64,000 bases of DNA from Methanocaldococcus sp. 16A (lineage in GTDB: Archaea > AGJL01 > Methanococci > Methanococcales > Methanocaldococcaceae): NCBI GenBank assembly GCA_049860595.1, contig CP187551.1. One strand, given 5' to 3'. The notes below the pieces were generated by a model, which saw only the letters and a program-made list of their open reading frames with translations, did no database searches and was not told the origin of the DNA. A program made the translations under genes and the position numbers. Within the stretch, counting starts at the first letter, position 1, and each line of letters opens with the position of its first letter. Of this stretch, positions 1-10,156 are shown piece after piece.

Positions 1-36
1 ACGTTGAGTATATGGAAAGATGAAACACGTTTTAGA

Positions 37-125
37 GCGGAGGTAGCCAAGCCCGGCTACGGCGTGGGACTGGAGATCCCATGGGGCTTTGCCCCGCGGG
101 GGTTCAAATCCCCCCCTCCGCGCCA
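37..125 (+). tRNA. tRNA-Ser(GGA)
   Basis: GCGGAGG/CCTCCGC acceptor stem, anticodon loop CT-GGA-GA, long variable arm, GGTTCAAATCC T-arm, encoded CCA, then a poly-T run. Confidence 0.97.
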
Positions 126-184
126 CTTATTTTTTTATTTTTTTAATATAATTATTATAAAACACGAATTATGGAGGTGCAACC

Positions 185-649
185 TTGACCGAGAATATGC
201 AAAATTCTGAATTTAAATACTTAATTAGAGTTTCAAGGACAGATTTAGACGGAAATAAGAAGTTAATAATGGCTCTCCAAGATATCTATGGTGTTGGAGA
301 GGCAATGGCAAGAGCTATTGTAAGAGTTGCCAAATTAGACCCTAACAAATTAGCTGGTTACCTAACAGATGAAGAAGTTAAGAAAATTGAAGAGATATTA
401 GCAGACCCTGCTAAATTTGGAATTCCATCATGGATGTTTAATAGAAGAAAAGATTATGTTACTGGGGAAGATAAACACGTTATTGAAAGTGACTTAATGA
501 TTATAAAACAAGAAGACATCAACAGATTGAAGAGAATCAGATGTTATAGAGGAATTAGACACGAACTTGGATTACCATGTAGAGGACAGAGAACAAGAAG
601 TACATTTAGAAGAGGACAAACAGTTGGAGTTTCAAGAAGAAAGAAATAA
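185..649 (+). CDS. rps13: 30S ribosomal protein S13 (uS13)
   Basis: [18 protein letters not shown] motif; TTG start after GGAGGTG RBS. Confidence 0.97.
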   Translation: MTENMQNSEFKYLIRVSRTDLDGNKKLIMALQDIYGVGEAMARAIVRVAKLDPNKLAGYLTDEEVKKIEEILADPAKFGIPSWMFNRRKDYVTGEDKHVIESDLMIIKQEDINRLKRIRCYRGIRHELGLPCRGQRTRSTFRRGQTVGVSRRKK

Positions 650-703
650 ATTATTAGATAAAACACTTAATACAACAGTTAAAAAATTATTGAAGGTGAT
701 TAG

Positions 704-1267
704 ATGGGAGATCCAAGGAGAAGATTTAAAAAGACATATGAAACACCAAACCATCCATGGATTAAAGAGAGAATTGAAAGAGAAAAAGAATTATGTAGGA
801 AGTATGGTTTAAGAAGAAAGAGAGAAGTTTGGAAAGCAGAGACAATTTTAAGAAAATACAGAAGACAGGCAAGAAGATTAATCAGCGATAGAACAGAGCA
901 AGGGGCTAAAGAGGCTGTTCAGTTATTTAACGTATTGAAAAAATATGGTATTTTAAAAATTGAAAACCCTACACTTGATGATGTCTTATCATTAACTGTT
1001 GAGGACATCTTAGAAAGAAGATTACAAACACTTGTATTTAGAAAAGGATTAGCAAGAACACCAAGACAAGCAAGACAGTTAATAGTTCATGGACATATAG
1101 CAGTTAATGGCAGAGTCGTTACTGCTCCAAGCTACATGGTAACTGTTGAAGAAGAAGATAAAATCAGCTATGCTAAAAACTCCCCATTCAACGATGAAAA
1201 CCATCCAGAAAGAGCAAAAATCATTGGATTAGTCTCAGAAGAAACACAGACACAAGAGACAGAATAA
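704..1267 (+). CDS. rps4: 30S ribosomal protein S4 (uS4)
   Basis: MGDPRR...LERRLQTLV...[11 protein letters not shown] motifs. Confidence 0.97.
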   Translation: MGDPRRRFKKTYETPNHPWIKERIEREKELCRKYGLRRKREVWKAETILRKYRRQARRLISDRTEQGAKEAVQLFNVLKKYGILKIENPTLDDVLSLTVEDILERRLQTLVFRKGLARTPRQARQLIVHGHIAVNGRVVTAPSYMVTVEEEDKISYAKNSPFNDENHPERAKIIGLVSEETQTQETE

Positions 1268-1292
1268 AAATATAAATTAAAGGTGAAACACT

Positions 1293-1682
1293 ATGGCAGA
1301 ACAAAAAAAGGAAAAATGGGGAATAGTTCATATATATTCATCATATAACAACACAATAATCCATGCAACAGACATTACAGGAGCAGAGACAATTGCAAGA
1401 GTTTCTGGAGGTATGGTTACAAGAAACCAGAGAGATGAGGGCTCTCCTTACGCAGCAATGCAGGCAGCTTTCAAATTGGCAGAGATTTTAAAAGAGAGAG
1501 GAATTGAAAATATACACATAAAGGTTAGAGCTCCAGGAGGTAGTGGGCAGAAAAACCCTGGACCTGGGGCTCAAGCTGCTATTAGAGCATTAGCAAGAGC
1601 TGGATTAAGAATTGGAAGAATTGAGGATGTTACACCAGTTCCACACGATGGAACAACACCTAAGAAGAGGTTCAAAAAATAA
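1293..1682 (+). CDS. rps11: 30S ribosomal protein S11 (uS11)
   Basis: [18 protein letters not shown] and [11 protein letters not shown] motifs. Confidence 0.97.
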   Translation: MAEQKKEKWGIVHIYSSYNNTIIHATDITGAETIARVSGGMVTRNQRDEGSPYAAMQAAFKLAEILKERGIENIHIKVRAPGGSGQKNPGPGAQAAIRALARAGLRIGRIEDVTPVPHDGTTPKKRFKK

Positions 1683-1693
1683 GGTGATAATCT

Positions 1694-2266
1694 TTGATTA
1701 CAATCAAAGAGAAGAAAAAGACAAGAATTGGGGAAGAATTTATTTTTTCTTTGAAAGCCCCAATTTCATTTTCTAATGCCCTTAGAAGAATCATGATTTC
1801 TGAAGTCCCAACCTATGCTATTGAAGATGTCTATATATACGAAAACTCATCATCAATGGATGATGAGATTTTAGCACACAGATTAGGTTTAATTCCCATT
1901 AAAGGAAAACCAATTTTGGAGAATGAAGTTATAACATTCACCTTAGAAAAAGAGGGACCTTGCACAGTTTATTCATCAGATTTAAAATCTGATAATGGGG
2001 AAGTTGCTTTCAAAAACATCCCAATTGTTAGATTAGGAAATGGGCAAAGAATACAGATTGAATGTGAAGCAATTCCTGGCATTGGTAAGATTCATGCAAA
2101 ATGGCAACCATGCAATGCTGTCTATAAACAAATTGCTGAAGATGAAGTTGAGTTTTTTGTTGAAACTTTTGGACAAATGGAAGCAGAAGAAATATTAGAA
2201 GAAGCTGTTAAGATACTAAAAAATAAAGCTGAAAGTTTCTTACAACAGCTTGAATTAATTGAGTAA
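1694..2266 (+). CDS. rpoD: DNA-directed RNA polymerase subunit D (Rpo3), short form without Fe-S domain
   Basis: [30 protein letters not shown] motifs; follows rps11. Confidence 0.95.
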   Translation: MITIKEKKKTRIGEEFIFSLKAPISFSNALRRIMISEVPTYAIEDVYIYENSSSMDDEILAHRLGLIPIKGKPILENEVITFTLEKEGPCTVYSSDLKSDNGEVAFKNIPIVRLGNGQRIQIECEAIPGIGKIHAKWQPCNAVYKQIAEDEVEFFVETFGQMEAEEILEEAVKILKNKAESFLQQLELIE

Positions 2267-2345
2267 CAAAACATTCTTTCATTTTAATATTATCTATCAA
2301 ACCTTAAATAATTATAAAAGGTTTGGAGGAAAACACGGTGAGACG

Positions 2346-2708
2346 ATGAGAAAAATAACAGCTACAAACCCAAGATTAATTAAGTTAATTGAGATGTTAA
2401 AGCAAGAAAGTTATAAAAATCAGGCAAAGATTTGGAAGGACATAGCAAGAAGGTTAGCAAAACCAAGAAGAAGAAGAGCTGAGGTAAACTTAAGTAAGAT
2501 AAACAGATACACAAAAGAAGGAGATGTCGTTTTAGTTCCTGGTAAAGTCTTAGGAGCTGGGAAGTTAGAGCATAAGGTTGTTGTTGCAGCATTTGCATTT
2601 AGTGAAACAGCTAAAAAATTGATTGAAGAAGCTGGTGGAGAAGCAATAACAATTGAAGAATTAATAAAAAGAAATCCAAAAGGTTCAAATGTAAAAATTA
2701 TGGCATAA
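2346..2708 (+). CDS. rpl18e: 50S ribosomal protein L18e
   Basis: TNPRL...VNLSKI...VPGKVLG motifs; start set at ATG after GGTGA. Confidence 0.96.
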   Translation: MRKITATNPRLIKLIEMLKQESYKNQAKIWKDIARRLAKPRRRRAEVNLSKINRYTKEGDVVLVPGKVLGAGKLEHKVVVAAFAFSETAKKLIEEAGGEAITIEELIKRNPKGSNVKIMA

Positions 2709-2723
2709 AACACGGTGATAATA

Positions 2724-3137
2724 ATGACAGTAATAGATGCTGAAGGAGCGATATTGGGAAGATTGGCTTCAGAAGTAGCTAAGAGAGTTTTGAGAGGAGA
2801 AGAAATTGTTATAGTAAATGCTGAGAAGGTAGTTATAACTGGGAATAGAGATTGGATTATAAAAACTTACCAAGAAGAGAGGGAAAAGAAAAACGTTGCT
2901 AACCCAAGAAGATTTGGACCTAAATTCCCAAGAAGGCCAGATGACATATTAAGAAGAACTATCAGAAAAATGCTCCCATACAAAAAACCAAAAGGAAGAG
3001 AAGCATTTAAGAGAGTTAAAGTTTATGTAGGAAACCCTAAAAACTTAACAGTTGATGAAAAAATAAGCCACAAATTAAACACTAACAAATATATAACATT
3101 AGCTGAGTTAAGCAAACACTTAGGAGCGAAGTTCTGA
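2724..3137 (+). CDS. rpl13: 50S ribosomal protein L13 (uL13)
   Basis: IDAEGAILGRLAS and RTIRKMLPYK motifs. Confidence 0.96.
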   Translation: MTVIDAEGAILGRLASEVAKRVLRGEEIVIVNAEKVVITGNRDWIIKTYQEEREKKNVANPRRFGPKFPRRPDDILRRTIRKMLPYKKPKGREAFKRVKVYVGNPKNLTVDEKISHKLNTNKYITLAELSKHLGAKF

Positions 3138-3146
3138 GGTGATTAA

Positions 3147-3557
3147 ATGGGAAAAATCGTCATAACAGTTGGTAAAAGAAAGAGAGCCATTGCGAGAGCA
3201 GTTGCAAGAGAAGGGAAGGGAAGAATAAGAATAAATAAAATACCAATTGAGTTAATTGAGCCTAAGTATAAAAGAATGAAGTTAATGGAACCAATTTTAT
3301 TAGCTGGAGAAGAAGTTATTAGCCAAATGGATATTGATGTTACAGTTAAAGGCGGAGGAGTAATGGGACAAATGGATGCTGCAAGAACAGCTATTGGTAA
3401 GGCAATTGTTGAATTTACAGGTAGCAAAGAGTTGAGAGATAAGTTCTTAGCTTACGATAGAACATTATTAGTTAGCGATGCAAGAAGAACAGAGCCTCAC
3501 AAACCAAGTAGGTCTACAAAAGGGCCGAGAGCAAAGAGACAAAAGTCATACAGATAA
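3147..3557 (+). CDS. rps9: 30S ribosomal protein S9 (uS9)
   Basis: [18 protein letters not shown]-terminal [11 protein letters not shown]. Confidence 0.97.
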   Translation: MGKIVITVGKRKRAIARAVAREGKGRIRINKIPIELIEPKYKRMKLMEPILLAGEEVISQMDIDVTVKGGGVMGQMDAARTAIGKAIVEFTGSKELRDKFLAYDRTLLVSDARRTEPHKPSRSTKGPRAKRQKSYR

Positions 3558-3614
3558 ATCCATTTTTATTTTTTGGAAAAAATATTATTTTTTCTTTTTA
3601 TTTGGGTGAGAAAT

Positions 3615-3836
3615 ATGATGTTTCCTATTAGATGTTTTTCCTGTGGTAATGTTATTGCTGAAGTTTTTGAAGAGTATAAAGAAAGAATTTTAAAAGGAGA
3701 GAGTCCAAAAGAAGTTTTAGATGATTTGGGAATTAAAAAATATTGCTGTAGGAGGATGTTTATCTCCTATAGAATAAGCGAGGATGGAAAAGAGATTATT
3801 GACGAGATAATAGCTCACGATGAAAAGCTTTTATAA
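3615..3836 (+). CDS. rpoN: RNA polymerase subunit N (Rpo10)
   Basis: MMFPIRCFSCG...YCCRRM zinc motif; ATG after GGTGA. Confidence 0.96.
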   Translation: MMFPIRCFSCGNVIAEVFEEYKERILKGESPKEVLDDLGIKKYCCRRMFISYRISEDGKEIIDEIIAHDEKLL

Positions 3837-3853
3837 ATTATTAATTTTTAGAT

Positions 3854-3930
3854 GGGGCCGTGGGGTAGCCTGGACATCCTGTGCGCTTGGGGGGCGTGCG
3901 ACCCGGGTTCAAGTCCCGGCGGCCCCACCA
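3854..3930 (+). tRNA. tRNA-Pro(GGG)
   Basis: GGGGCCG/CGGCCCC acceptor, anticodon loop TT-GGG-GG, GGTTCAAGTCC T-arm, CCA. Confidence 0.96.
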
Positions 3931-3940
3931 TTTAATTTTT

Positions 3941-4016
3941 ATACGTCTTTCGCATTTTATATATTGATAGAGCATCTATATTCCTTATAAACATTTATTC
4001 CTGCGAAAGTTCCAAT
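3941..4016. repeat. palindromic intergenic element, family 1, degenerate copy A
   Basis: ATACGTCTTTCGCA...ATTTATTCCTGCGAAAGTTCC matches the ATAGGACTTTCGCAG/CTGCGAAAGTCCTAT ends of other copies. Confidence 0.75.
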
Positions 4017-4042
4017 ATTATATTATTTTTAGGGGTGAGAGA

Positions 4043-4216
4043 TTGAAATTAACAAAATTTGAGATTGCAAGAATATTGGGGGCGAGAAGTTTGCAGATAT
4101 CAAATGGGGCTTATGCAACAATAGAAACAAAATGTGATACCTCATTAAAAATAGCATATGAAGAAATTAAACAAGGAAAAGTTCCATTAAAGCCGATAAG
4201 ACCTGTGAAGGCATAA
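4043..4216 (+). CDS. rpoK: RNA polymerase subunit K (Rpo6), 57 aa, missing from ORF track
   Basis: TTG start after GGGGTGA; manual translation MKLTKFEIARILGARSLQISNGA...GKVPLKPIRPVKA has the Rpb6 T-x-[FY]E-x-AR-x-[IL]G-x-R motif. Confidence 0.95.
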   Translation: MKLTKFEIARILGARSLQISNGAYATIETKCDTSLKIAYEEIKQGKVPLKPIRPVKA

Positions 4217-4327
4217 ACTGTTTTAACTAAAAAGTGGAGTTAAAGTTGTGAAAACATGCTGTGTAGTATAGCAATAGAAGCTTTGCTTCTATGCCATTAA
4301 AACCGATAAGACCTGTAAAAGCATAAA
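4184..4327 (+). repeat. 34-bp direct repeat of the rpoK 3' end (4184-4217 and 4294-4327) flanking a family-2 hairpin end
   Basis: ccattaaagccgataagacctgtgaaggcataaa vs ccattaaaaccgataagacctgtaaaagcataaa (31/34 identical). Confidence 0.9.
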
Positions 4328-4360
4328 ATTATAATTATTTTTTAATTGGGGTGGATGTAA

Positions 4361-5305
4361 TTGACAAATGTTATTATTGAAAAAATAAGTGCAAAAGAAG
4401 TTTTTAAAGGAGCTAAAATTAAGGTAATGATTACAACAATGACAAACATATCTATTGGCTATGACATCATTGAAGTGAATAATCCAGAGGAAGCAATAGC
4501 GGATGTTGAAAATGTCATAGCCCCAGAACTTATTGGATATCCAGCAACAGATATTGATTTCATCGATACATTAATTTGTGAGACATCAGTTAATAATCCC
4601 ACTGTAGCAATGGGAATTTCTATTAGCGTAGCAAGAGCAGCTTCAAACAGCTTAGATATTCCTTTGTTTAAATTCTTAGGAGGGGCTTTAACAACTGACT
4701 TGCCTATAGTTGCCTCTGGAATATTGGTTGATAAAAATAACAATGAATTAATTCCAATAGTTATGGCAGAATCTATAGAGGATATTGTTAATTTGTATTT
4801 AAAACTTACAGATATTTTATCAGAAGATTATGACATTATAAATATTAATGGAGCATACACATGCAAAGATATATTTAATGAGATTTCAAAGATTAGAGAT
4901 TTAATAGATGAAATCAAAGAAGATGAGGATTTAGATATTTTATTAGGACTTAGCTCTAAAAAAGAGAATGTTAAAGATAAAGATTTATCCCAAATTGACT
5001 ATTTAGAGGTAGAAGAGCCTGTAGAATTTGATGGATTCCTATGCACAGATAGCATTTATGAAGAAAGTGATTTTGTTAAAATTTACCCTTATGAGATGGG
5101 AACAATAACTGAGACGTATTATTATATAAATTACATTATGGACAAAGGGCTTTATCCAGTAATATTTGGAAACAACTCATCATTTGCACATGTAGCTGTT
5201 AGTTTTAAAGTTCCTTTTTTAAGAGCAGCCCTCTCTTCAAATGTGCTAAATGAAGTTTGGAATATAGAGAGAACTATAGTTAATCCAAATATTAGAAGGT
5301 TTTAA
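4361..5305 (+). CDS. enolase-like protein lacking catalytic motifs
   Basis: VIAPELIG and ISVARAAS..IPLFKFLGG align with the true enolase in this window; PSGAST, GDEGG and SHRSGET are absent. Confidence 0.8.
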   Translation: MTNVIIEKISAKEVFKGAKIKVMITTMTNISIGYDIIEVNNPEEAIADVENVIAPELIGYPATDIDFIDTLICETSVNNPTVAMGISISVARAASNSLDIPLFKFLGGALTTDLPIVASGILVDKNNNELIPIVMAESIEDIVNLYLKLTDILSEDYDIININGAYTCKDIFNEISKIRDLIDEIKEDEDLDILLGLSSKKENVKDKDLSQIDYLEVEEPVEFDGFLCTDSIYEESDFVKIYPYEMGTITETYYYINYIMDKGLYPVIFGNNSSFAHVAVSFKVPFLRAALSSNVLNEVWNIERTIVNPNIRRF

Positions 5306-5399
5306 TTTTTTATTTTTTTAACATTTTTTCCGATAATTATTTATACTGAAAATAGAAACCATAATTTAAATCCATTATTAAGTGTTAGAGGTGGTAATA

Positions 5400-5588
5400 A
5401 TGGCTGTAACAATTGATTACAATTTATGTAAAGGAGCTGAGTGTGCAGAGTGTGTAAATAACTGCCCAATGGAAGTTTTTGAAATTGATGGGGATAAAGT
5501 AGTTGTTGCAAGAGAAGAGGATTGCACTTATTGTGGAGTTTGTGAAGATGTCTGCCCAACAGGAGCTGTAAAAGTTGAACCAGAATAA
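5400..5588 (+). CDS. 2[4Fe-4S] ferredoxin
   Basis: CKGAECAECVNNCP and CTYCGVCEDVCP motifs. Confidence 0.93.
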   Translation: MAVTIDYNLCKGAECAECVNNCPMEVFEIDGDKVVVAREEDCTYCGVCEDVCPTGAVKVEPE

Positions 5589-5628
5589 AAAAAGAGAAAA
5601 AATTTCAATTCTTTTTAAAATCTAATTT

Positions 5629-5877
5629 TTATTGTTCCATTTCTTCTAATGCTTTAAATAGTTCTTCCCATGCTTCTAAACTTAATTTAGCATCTTCTTC
5701 ACTTAAAACTTCTAAAGCATAACCAGTGTGGATTAATATATAATCACCTATTTTAACCTCTTTATCTAAGAGTGTTAATTTTGCCTTTTGTTTGACTCCT
5801 TTATATTCTGCTATTGCATATTTTTCTCCATCTTCCTCTATAATCTCAACAACTTTACATGGAATAGCCAAACACAT
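5629..5877 (-). CDS. hypC: hydrogenase maturation chaperone HypC
   Basis: MCLAIP N-terminus, [11 protein letters not shown]. Confidence 0.96.
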
Positions 5878-5951
5878 ATTTCATCACCAAAAATAGGTAA
5901 TAGTTTTTAATATAAAATTCTGTTTATGAAATTTTTTGTTTATAGTATTAA

Positions 5952-6446
5952 TCAAAAATGGATGTGGTCTTTTAAAACAAACGGCAGAATAACCATCCCA
6001 TGCCTAATTAACCTACTTAAAAATACTGCAATCATATATTCTCCAAATGGCATTTTAAAGCTACCACAAATCCAACATATAACCTCAAAAGGAATTGGTG
6101 TAAAGCTTACAACTATAACACCAAGAATTCCCCACTTTTTTAAATAGATAGTTCCTTTCTCTATTTTTTCCTTTTCAAATAATTTTAACATTAACTTTTT
6201 TCCATACTTCATTGCAAGGTTATAGGTAACTGCAGCCCCAAAGTTGCATGCAACTGTTGAAATAATCCAAACCAATTTCCAATCTAATCCAGCTAATAAT
6301 CCAGCGGCAATAAATATCTCTGTTGGAAAAGGTTGAAATATTGGCTCAGAAAATCCTACTAAGAAAATGCCAAAATACCCATAATCCTTTATAAGGTTTA
6401 ATAGAAATTCTTTAAATATCTCGAGGTTAGTCATATCTATCGCCAA
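5952..6446 (-). CDS. DedA/YqaA (SNARE-associated) family membrane protein
   Basis: FSEPIFQPFPTE and SFTPIPFE motifs, hydrophobic helices; real start may be ATG 6434. Confidence 0.85.
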   Translation of the reverse strand: MAIDMTNLEIFKEFLLNLIKDYGYFGIFLVGFSEPIFQPFPTEIFIAAGLLAGLDWKLVWIISTVACNFGAAVTYNLAMKYGKKLMLKLFEKEKIEKGTIYLKKWGILGVIVVSFTPIPFEVICWICGSFKMPFGEYMIAVFLSRLIRHGMVILPFVLKDHIHF

Positions 6447-6476
6447 AATTTCTTGATGTTTTATGATTTATTTATA

Positions 6477-6572
6477 ATAGGACTTTCTCAATTTAATATT
6501 TAAATTTGGAACTTTGACACCTTTAGGTGTCTATATTCATAAATAATATATTTATTCCTACGAAAGTCCTAT
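6477..6572. repeat. palindromic intergenic element, family 1, copy B
   Basis: ATAGGACTTTC...GAAAGTCCTAT ends with central GACACCT-TT-AGGTGTC hairpin. Confidence 0.9.
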
Positions 6573-6592
6573 TAAATTGCGGAGGGATAATT

Positions 6593-7471
6593 ATGAAACT
6601 AAAGCCAGAATGTGCTATATGTATAATAAGGCAGGTTGTTGATGCTGTCAATGAAATAACCGCTGATGAGAAAGAGCAATTTAGATTAATAAAAAGTACT
6701 ATGGAAGTTATTAAAGATGTTTATGGTGAGAGTGCAGTTCCAGCATGGATGGGAACTATAGTTCATAGATATTTAAAGAAAATTAGCAATAACAACGACC
6801 CTTATAAAAATTTAAAAGATAAAGCAAACAAAATAGCTTTGCAGTATTTAGATAAAGTTAGAGAGATGAGTAATATAGAAGATGAAATTGAGAGATTGAG
6901 AAAGAAGGTTTTAGCAACAATAGCAGGGAATGTTATTGACTTTGGGGCTTACAGCACAGGGATAAATATTGAAAAGTTAATTGAAGATACATTAAATGGG
7001 AAGTTAAAGATAGATGATAGCAAAGAGCTTTTAAATGATTTAAAAGATAAAAACATAAAAAAGATTTTATATATATGTGATAACGCTGGAGAGATTATTT
7101 TTGATAGGGTTTTAATAGAAGAGATTAAAAAATATGATAAAAATATCGTTGCAGTAGTTAAAGGAAAACCGATTCTAAATGATGCTACATTGGAGGATGC
7201 AAAAATAGCAAAGATTGATGAGATAGCTAAGGTAATAACAACAGGCTCAGATATTATAGGAATTATTTTAGAAGAGTGTTCAGAAGAATTTTTAAAAGAG
7301 TTTGAAAGTGCTGATTTAATTATAGCAAAAGGAATGGGCAATTATGAAAGTTTAACAGAATATGAGGATAGGATAGATAAGCCAGTTTATTATATATTGA
7401 AGGCAAAATGTAAGCCAGTTGCTGAGAACATTGGTGTTGATGTAGGAGATAATGTTTTGTTAAAAAGGTAA
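6593..7471 (+). CDS. damage-control phosphatase, ARMT1/DUF89 family
   Basis: ECAIC, AGNVIDFG, DNAGEIIFD, KGMGNYESL motifs; start ATG 6593 (ORF-track extension runs into the repeat). Confidence 0.92.
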   Translation: MKLKPECAICIIRQVVDAVNEITADEKEQFRLIKSTMEVIKDVYGESAVPAWMGTIVHRYLKKISNNNDPYKNLKDKANKIALQYLDKVREMSNIEDEIERLRKKVLATIAGNVIDFGAYSTGINIEKLIEDTLNGKLKIDDSKELLNDLKDKNIKKILYICDNAGEIIFDRVLIEEIKKYDKNIVAVVKGKPILNDATLEDAKIAKIDEIAKVITTGSDIIGIILEECSEEFLKEFESADLIIAKGMGNYESLTEYEDRIDKPVYYILKAKCKPVAENIGVDVGDNVLLKR

Positions 7472-7508
7472 AAAATCTCTTAAAACAAAAATAATTTGAG
7501 GAGATATT

Positions 7509-8561
7509 ATGGTTACTTACAAAGATGCAGGAGTAGATATATCACATGAAGATAGAGTAATTAAAGCATTAGTTTCACAGATAACATTTAAAAGGGAAGA
7601 TATAAAGCCTGCTGAGTTAGGATTGCATTATGCAGGAGCTGTTGAGTTTGGAGATTATTATTTAGTTTTATCTACTGATGGTGTTGGAAGTAAGATGATA
7701 GTTGCAGAGATGGCTAATAAGTTTGATACAGTTGGAATAGACATGATAGCTATGAATGTAAATGATGCCATATGCATTGGAGCAGAGCCAATAGCGTTGG
7801 TTGATTACTTAGCAGTTGGGCATATAACTGAAGAGATAGCTGAGCAAATAGGAAAGGGCTTAAATGAAGGAGCTAAGGAGGCAAATATAAACATTGTTGG
7901 TGGAGAAACAGCTACTCTCCCGGATATGATTAAAGGAATTGATCTGGCAGGGACTGTTTTAGCAATAGTTAAAAAAGATGAAATTATAAGTGGAAAAGAT
8001 GTTAAACCAGGAGATGTAATTGTTGGATTAAGAAGCTCTGGAATACACAGCAATGGGTTATCTTTAGCAAGGAAGGTATTTTTTGACATAGCTAAGTTAG
8101 ATATTAATGACAAGCTCTCTTATGGAAAGACCGTTGCCGAAGAGCTTTTAACACCAACAAGGATTTATGTAAAGCCAGTTTTAGAGATGGTTAGAGATAA
8201 GGATATTAATGTTAAAGGTTTAGCCCACATAACTGGAGGTAGCTTTAGAAAACTTAAGAGGTTGAATGATAAAGTAACTTACTATATTGACAACCTTCCA
8301 GAACCATTGCCAATATTTAAAGAAATCCAGAGATTAGGAAATGTTCCAGATGAAGAGATGTTTAGAACATTTAATATGGGTATTGGATTCTGTGTAATTG
8401 TTGATGAAGAAGATGCTAACAAAGTTATAAAAATAGCCAATAAATATAATATCCCAGCTCAGATAATAGGTAGAGTTGTAGATAGCTTAGAAGTTAATGG
8501 AAAAAAAGTTGTAGGTAAATCTGTAGTTAAATATAACGATAAGCTCATTATATTAGAATAA
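7509..8561 (+). CDS. purM: phosphoribosylformylglycinamidine cyclo-ligase
   Basis: TYKDAGVD, TDGVGSK, GGETA, SSGIHSNG, FRTFNMGIG. Confidence 0.97.
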   Translation: MVTYKDAGVDISHEDRVIKALVSQITFKREDIKPAELGLHYAGAVEFGDYYLVLSTDGVGSKMIVAEMANKFDTVGIDMIAMNVNDAICIGAEPIALVDYLAVGHITEEIAEQIGKGLNEGAKEANINIVGGETATLPDMIKGIDLAGTVLAIVKKDEIISGKDVKPGDVIVGLRSSGIHSNGLSLARKVFFDIAKLDINDKLSYGKTVAEELLTPTRIYVKPVLEMVRDKDINVKGLAHITGGSFRKLKRLNDKVTYYIDNLPEPLPIFKEIQRLGNVPDEEMFRTFNMGIGFCVIVDEEDANKVIKIANKYNIPAQIIGRVVDSLEVNGKKVVGKSVVKYNDKLIILE

Positions 8562-8620
8562 ATCGAGTATAGATTTTAACTTTTTAGTTTTCTTAATTTT
8601 TTCTTAGTTTCTTTTTATTT

Positions 8621-8692
8621 ATAGGACTTTCACAGTCTATATATTCTCTGTATTTAGATGCCCTAAAACATTTATTCCTGTGAAAGTCCTAT
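8621..8692. repeat. palindromic intergenic element, family 1, copy C
   Basis: ATAGGACTTTCACAG...CTGTGAAAGTCCTAT perfect 15-bp inverted ends. Confidence 0.9.
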
Positions 8693-8732
8693 ATTTACTA
8701 AATTAAAAAACAAAAATAAAAAGGGTTTTAAT

Positions 8733-10148
8733 ATGTGTGGGATATTTGGTGTCTACTCTTATGAAAAACTAAATGTAGCTAAGAGAATTTATTATGGATT
8801 GTTTGCTTTACAACATAGAGGGCAAGAAGGTGCTGGAATTGCTACAAGTGATGGAAAAAACATACACTACTATAAGAATATTGGATTGGTTACAGATGTC
8901 TTTAAAAATGAGACATTGCAAAATTTATTTGGATATATAGGAATTGGACATGTAAGATATTCAACTACTGGAGGAAAGGCTGTTGAAAACTGTCAGCCGT
9001 TTGTTGTTAAAAGTTCATTTGGCAATATAGCTATAGCCCATAATGGAGATTTAGTAAATTCAAATGAATTAAGAAGAGAATTAGAGATGAAAGGGCATAT
9101 ATTTACCTCCTCAACCGATTCTGAAGTTATAGCTCAACTTTTAGTTAGAGAGTTGTTAAAAACATCTGATAAGATTGAAGCAATAAAAAATACACTAAGA
9201 AAACTTGTTGGAGCTTATTCACTTTTAATAATGTTTAATGATTCTTTAATTGCTGTTAGAGACCCTTGGGGATTTAAACCATTGTGTATTGGAAGAGATG
9301 ATAGCAATATCTACATATCATCTGAGGATTGTGCATTAACTACCTTAGATGCTGAATTTGTTAAAGATATTGAGCCAGGAGAGATTATAGAGATTAAAAA
9401 TGGAGAAATGATATCTCACAAATTGGATTATGATGTTTCTGAATACAATCCTGTGAATAATGATATGCCTTCAATATATAAAGGAGCTACAACGTGTATG
9501 TTTGAGTATGTGTATTTTGCAAGACCTGACTCAACAATTGATGGTATCAGCGTCTATAAGGTTAGAAAGAGGATTGGAAAAATTTTGGCTAAAGAACATC
9601 CAGTAGATGCTGATGTAGTATCTCCAATCCCTGATTCAGGAGTTGCATTTGCTTTAGGGTTTTCTGAGGAATCAGGAATTCCTTATTATGAAGGTTTAAT
9701 AAAAAATAGATATGTCGGAAGAACTTTTATTTTGCCTTCTCAAAATGAGAGAGAATTGGCTGTTAGATTAAAATTAAGCCCAGTAAAAAGTGTTTTAGAA
9801 GGAAAGAGAGTAGTTTTAGTTGATGATAGTATTGTTAGAGGAACTACTTCAAGAAGAATTGTAAATATGGTTAGAAAAGCTGGAGCTAAGGAAGTGCATT
9901 TAAGAATAGGCAGTCCTAAAATTATATCTCCTTGCTATTATGGTATAGATATGGCTACCAAAAAGGAGCTTATTGCTTCAAACAAAACAGAAGAAGAGAT
10001 TGGAAAAGCCATTGGAGTTGATTCTATTGGATATTTGTCATTGGAAGGTTTGATTAAAGCAATAGGTAGAAAAGATTTGTGTTTAGCTTGCGTAACTGGA
10101 GAGTATCCAACAGAAATTAATTTTGAAAAGATATTGGAAAGAGAATAA
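8733..10148 (+). CDS. purF: amidophosphoribosyltransferase
   Basis: [23 protein letters not shown] motifs. Confidence 0.97.
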   Translation: MCGIFGVYSYEKLNVAKRIYYGLFALQHRGQEGAGIATSDGKNIHYYKNIGLVTDVFKNETLQNLFGYIGIGHVRYSTTGGKAVENCQPFVVKSSFGNIAIAHNGDLVNSNELRRELEMKGHIFTSSTDSEVIAQLLVRELLKTSDKIEAIKNTLRKLVGAYSLLIMFNDSLIAVRDPWGFKPLCIGRDDSNIYISSEDCALTTLDAEFVKDIEPGEIIEIKNGEMISHKLDYDVSEYNPVNNDMPSIYKGATTCMFEYVYFARPDSTIDGISVYKVRKRIGKILAKEHPVDADVVSPIPDSGVAFALGFSEESGIPYYEGLIKNRYVGRTFILPSQNERELAVRLKLSPVKSVLEGKRVVLVDDSIVRGTTSRRIVNMVRKAGAKEVHLRIGSPKIISPCYYGIDMATKKELIASNKTEEEIGKAIGVDSIGYLSLEGLIKAIGRKDLCLACVTGEYPTEINFEKILERE

Positions 10149-10156
10149 ACACAAAT

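Noticed and set aside
4-210. 68-aa ORF at the window start
   Set aside because: It overlaps tRNA-Ser and is an artefact of GC-rich tRNA sequence
5400-5588. Ferredoxin as the split-off Fe-S domain of the short RpoD
   Set aside because: It is an ordinary 2[4Fe-4S] ferredoxin and nothing in the sequence links it to RpoD beyond proximity
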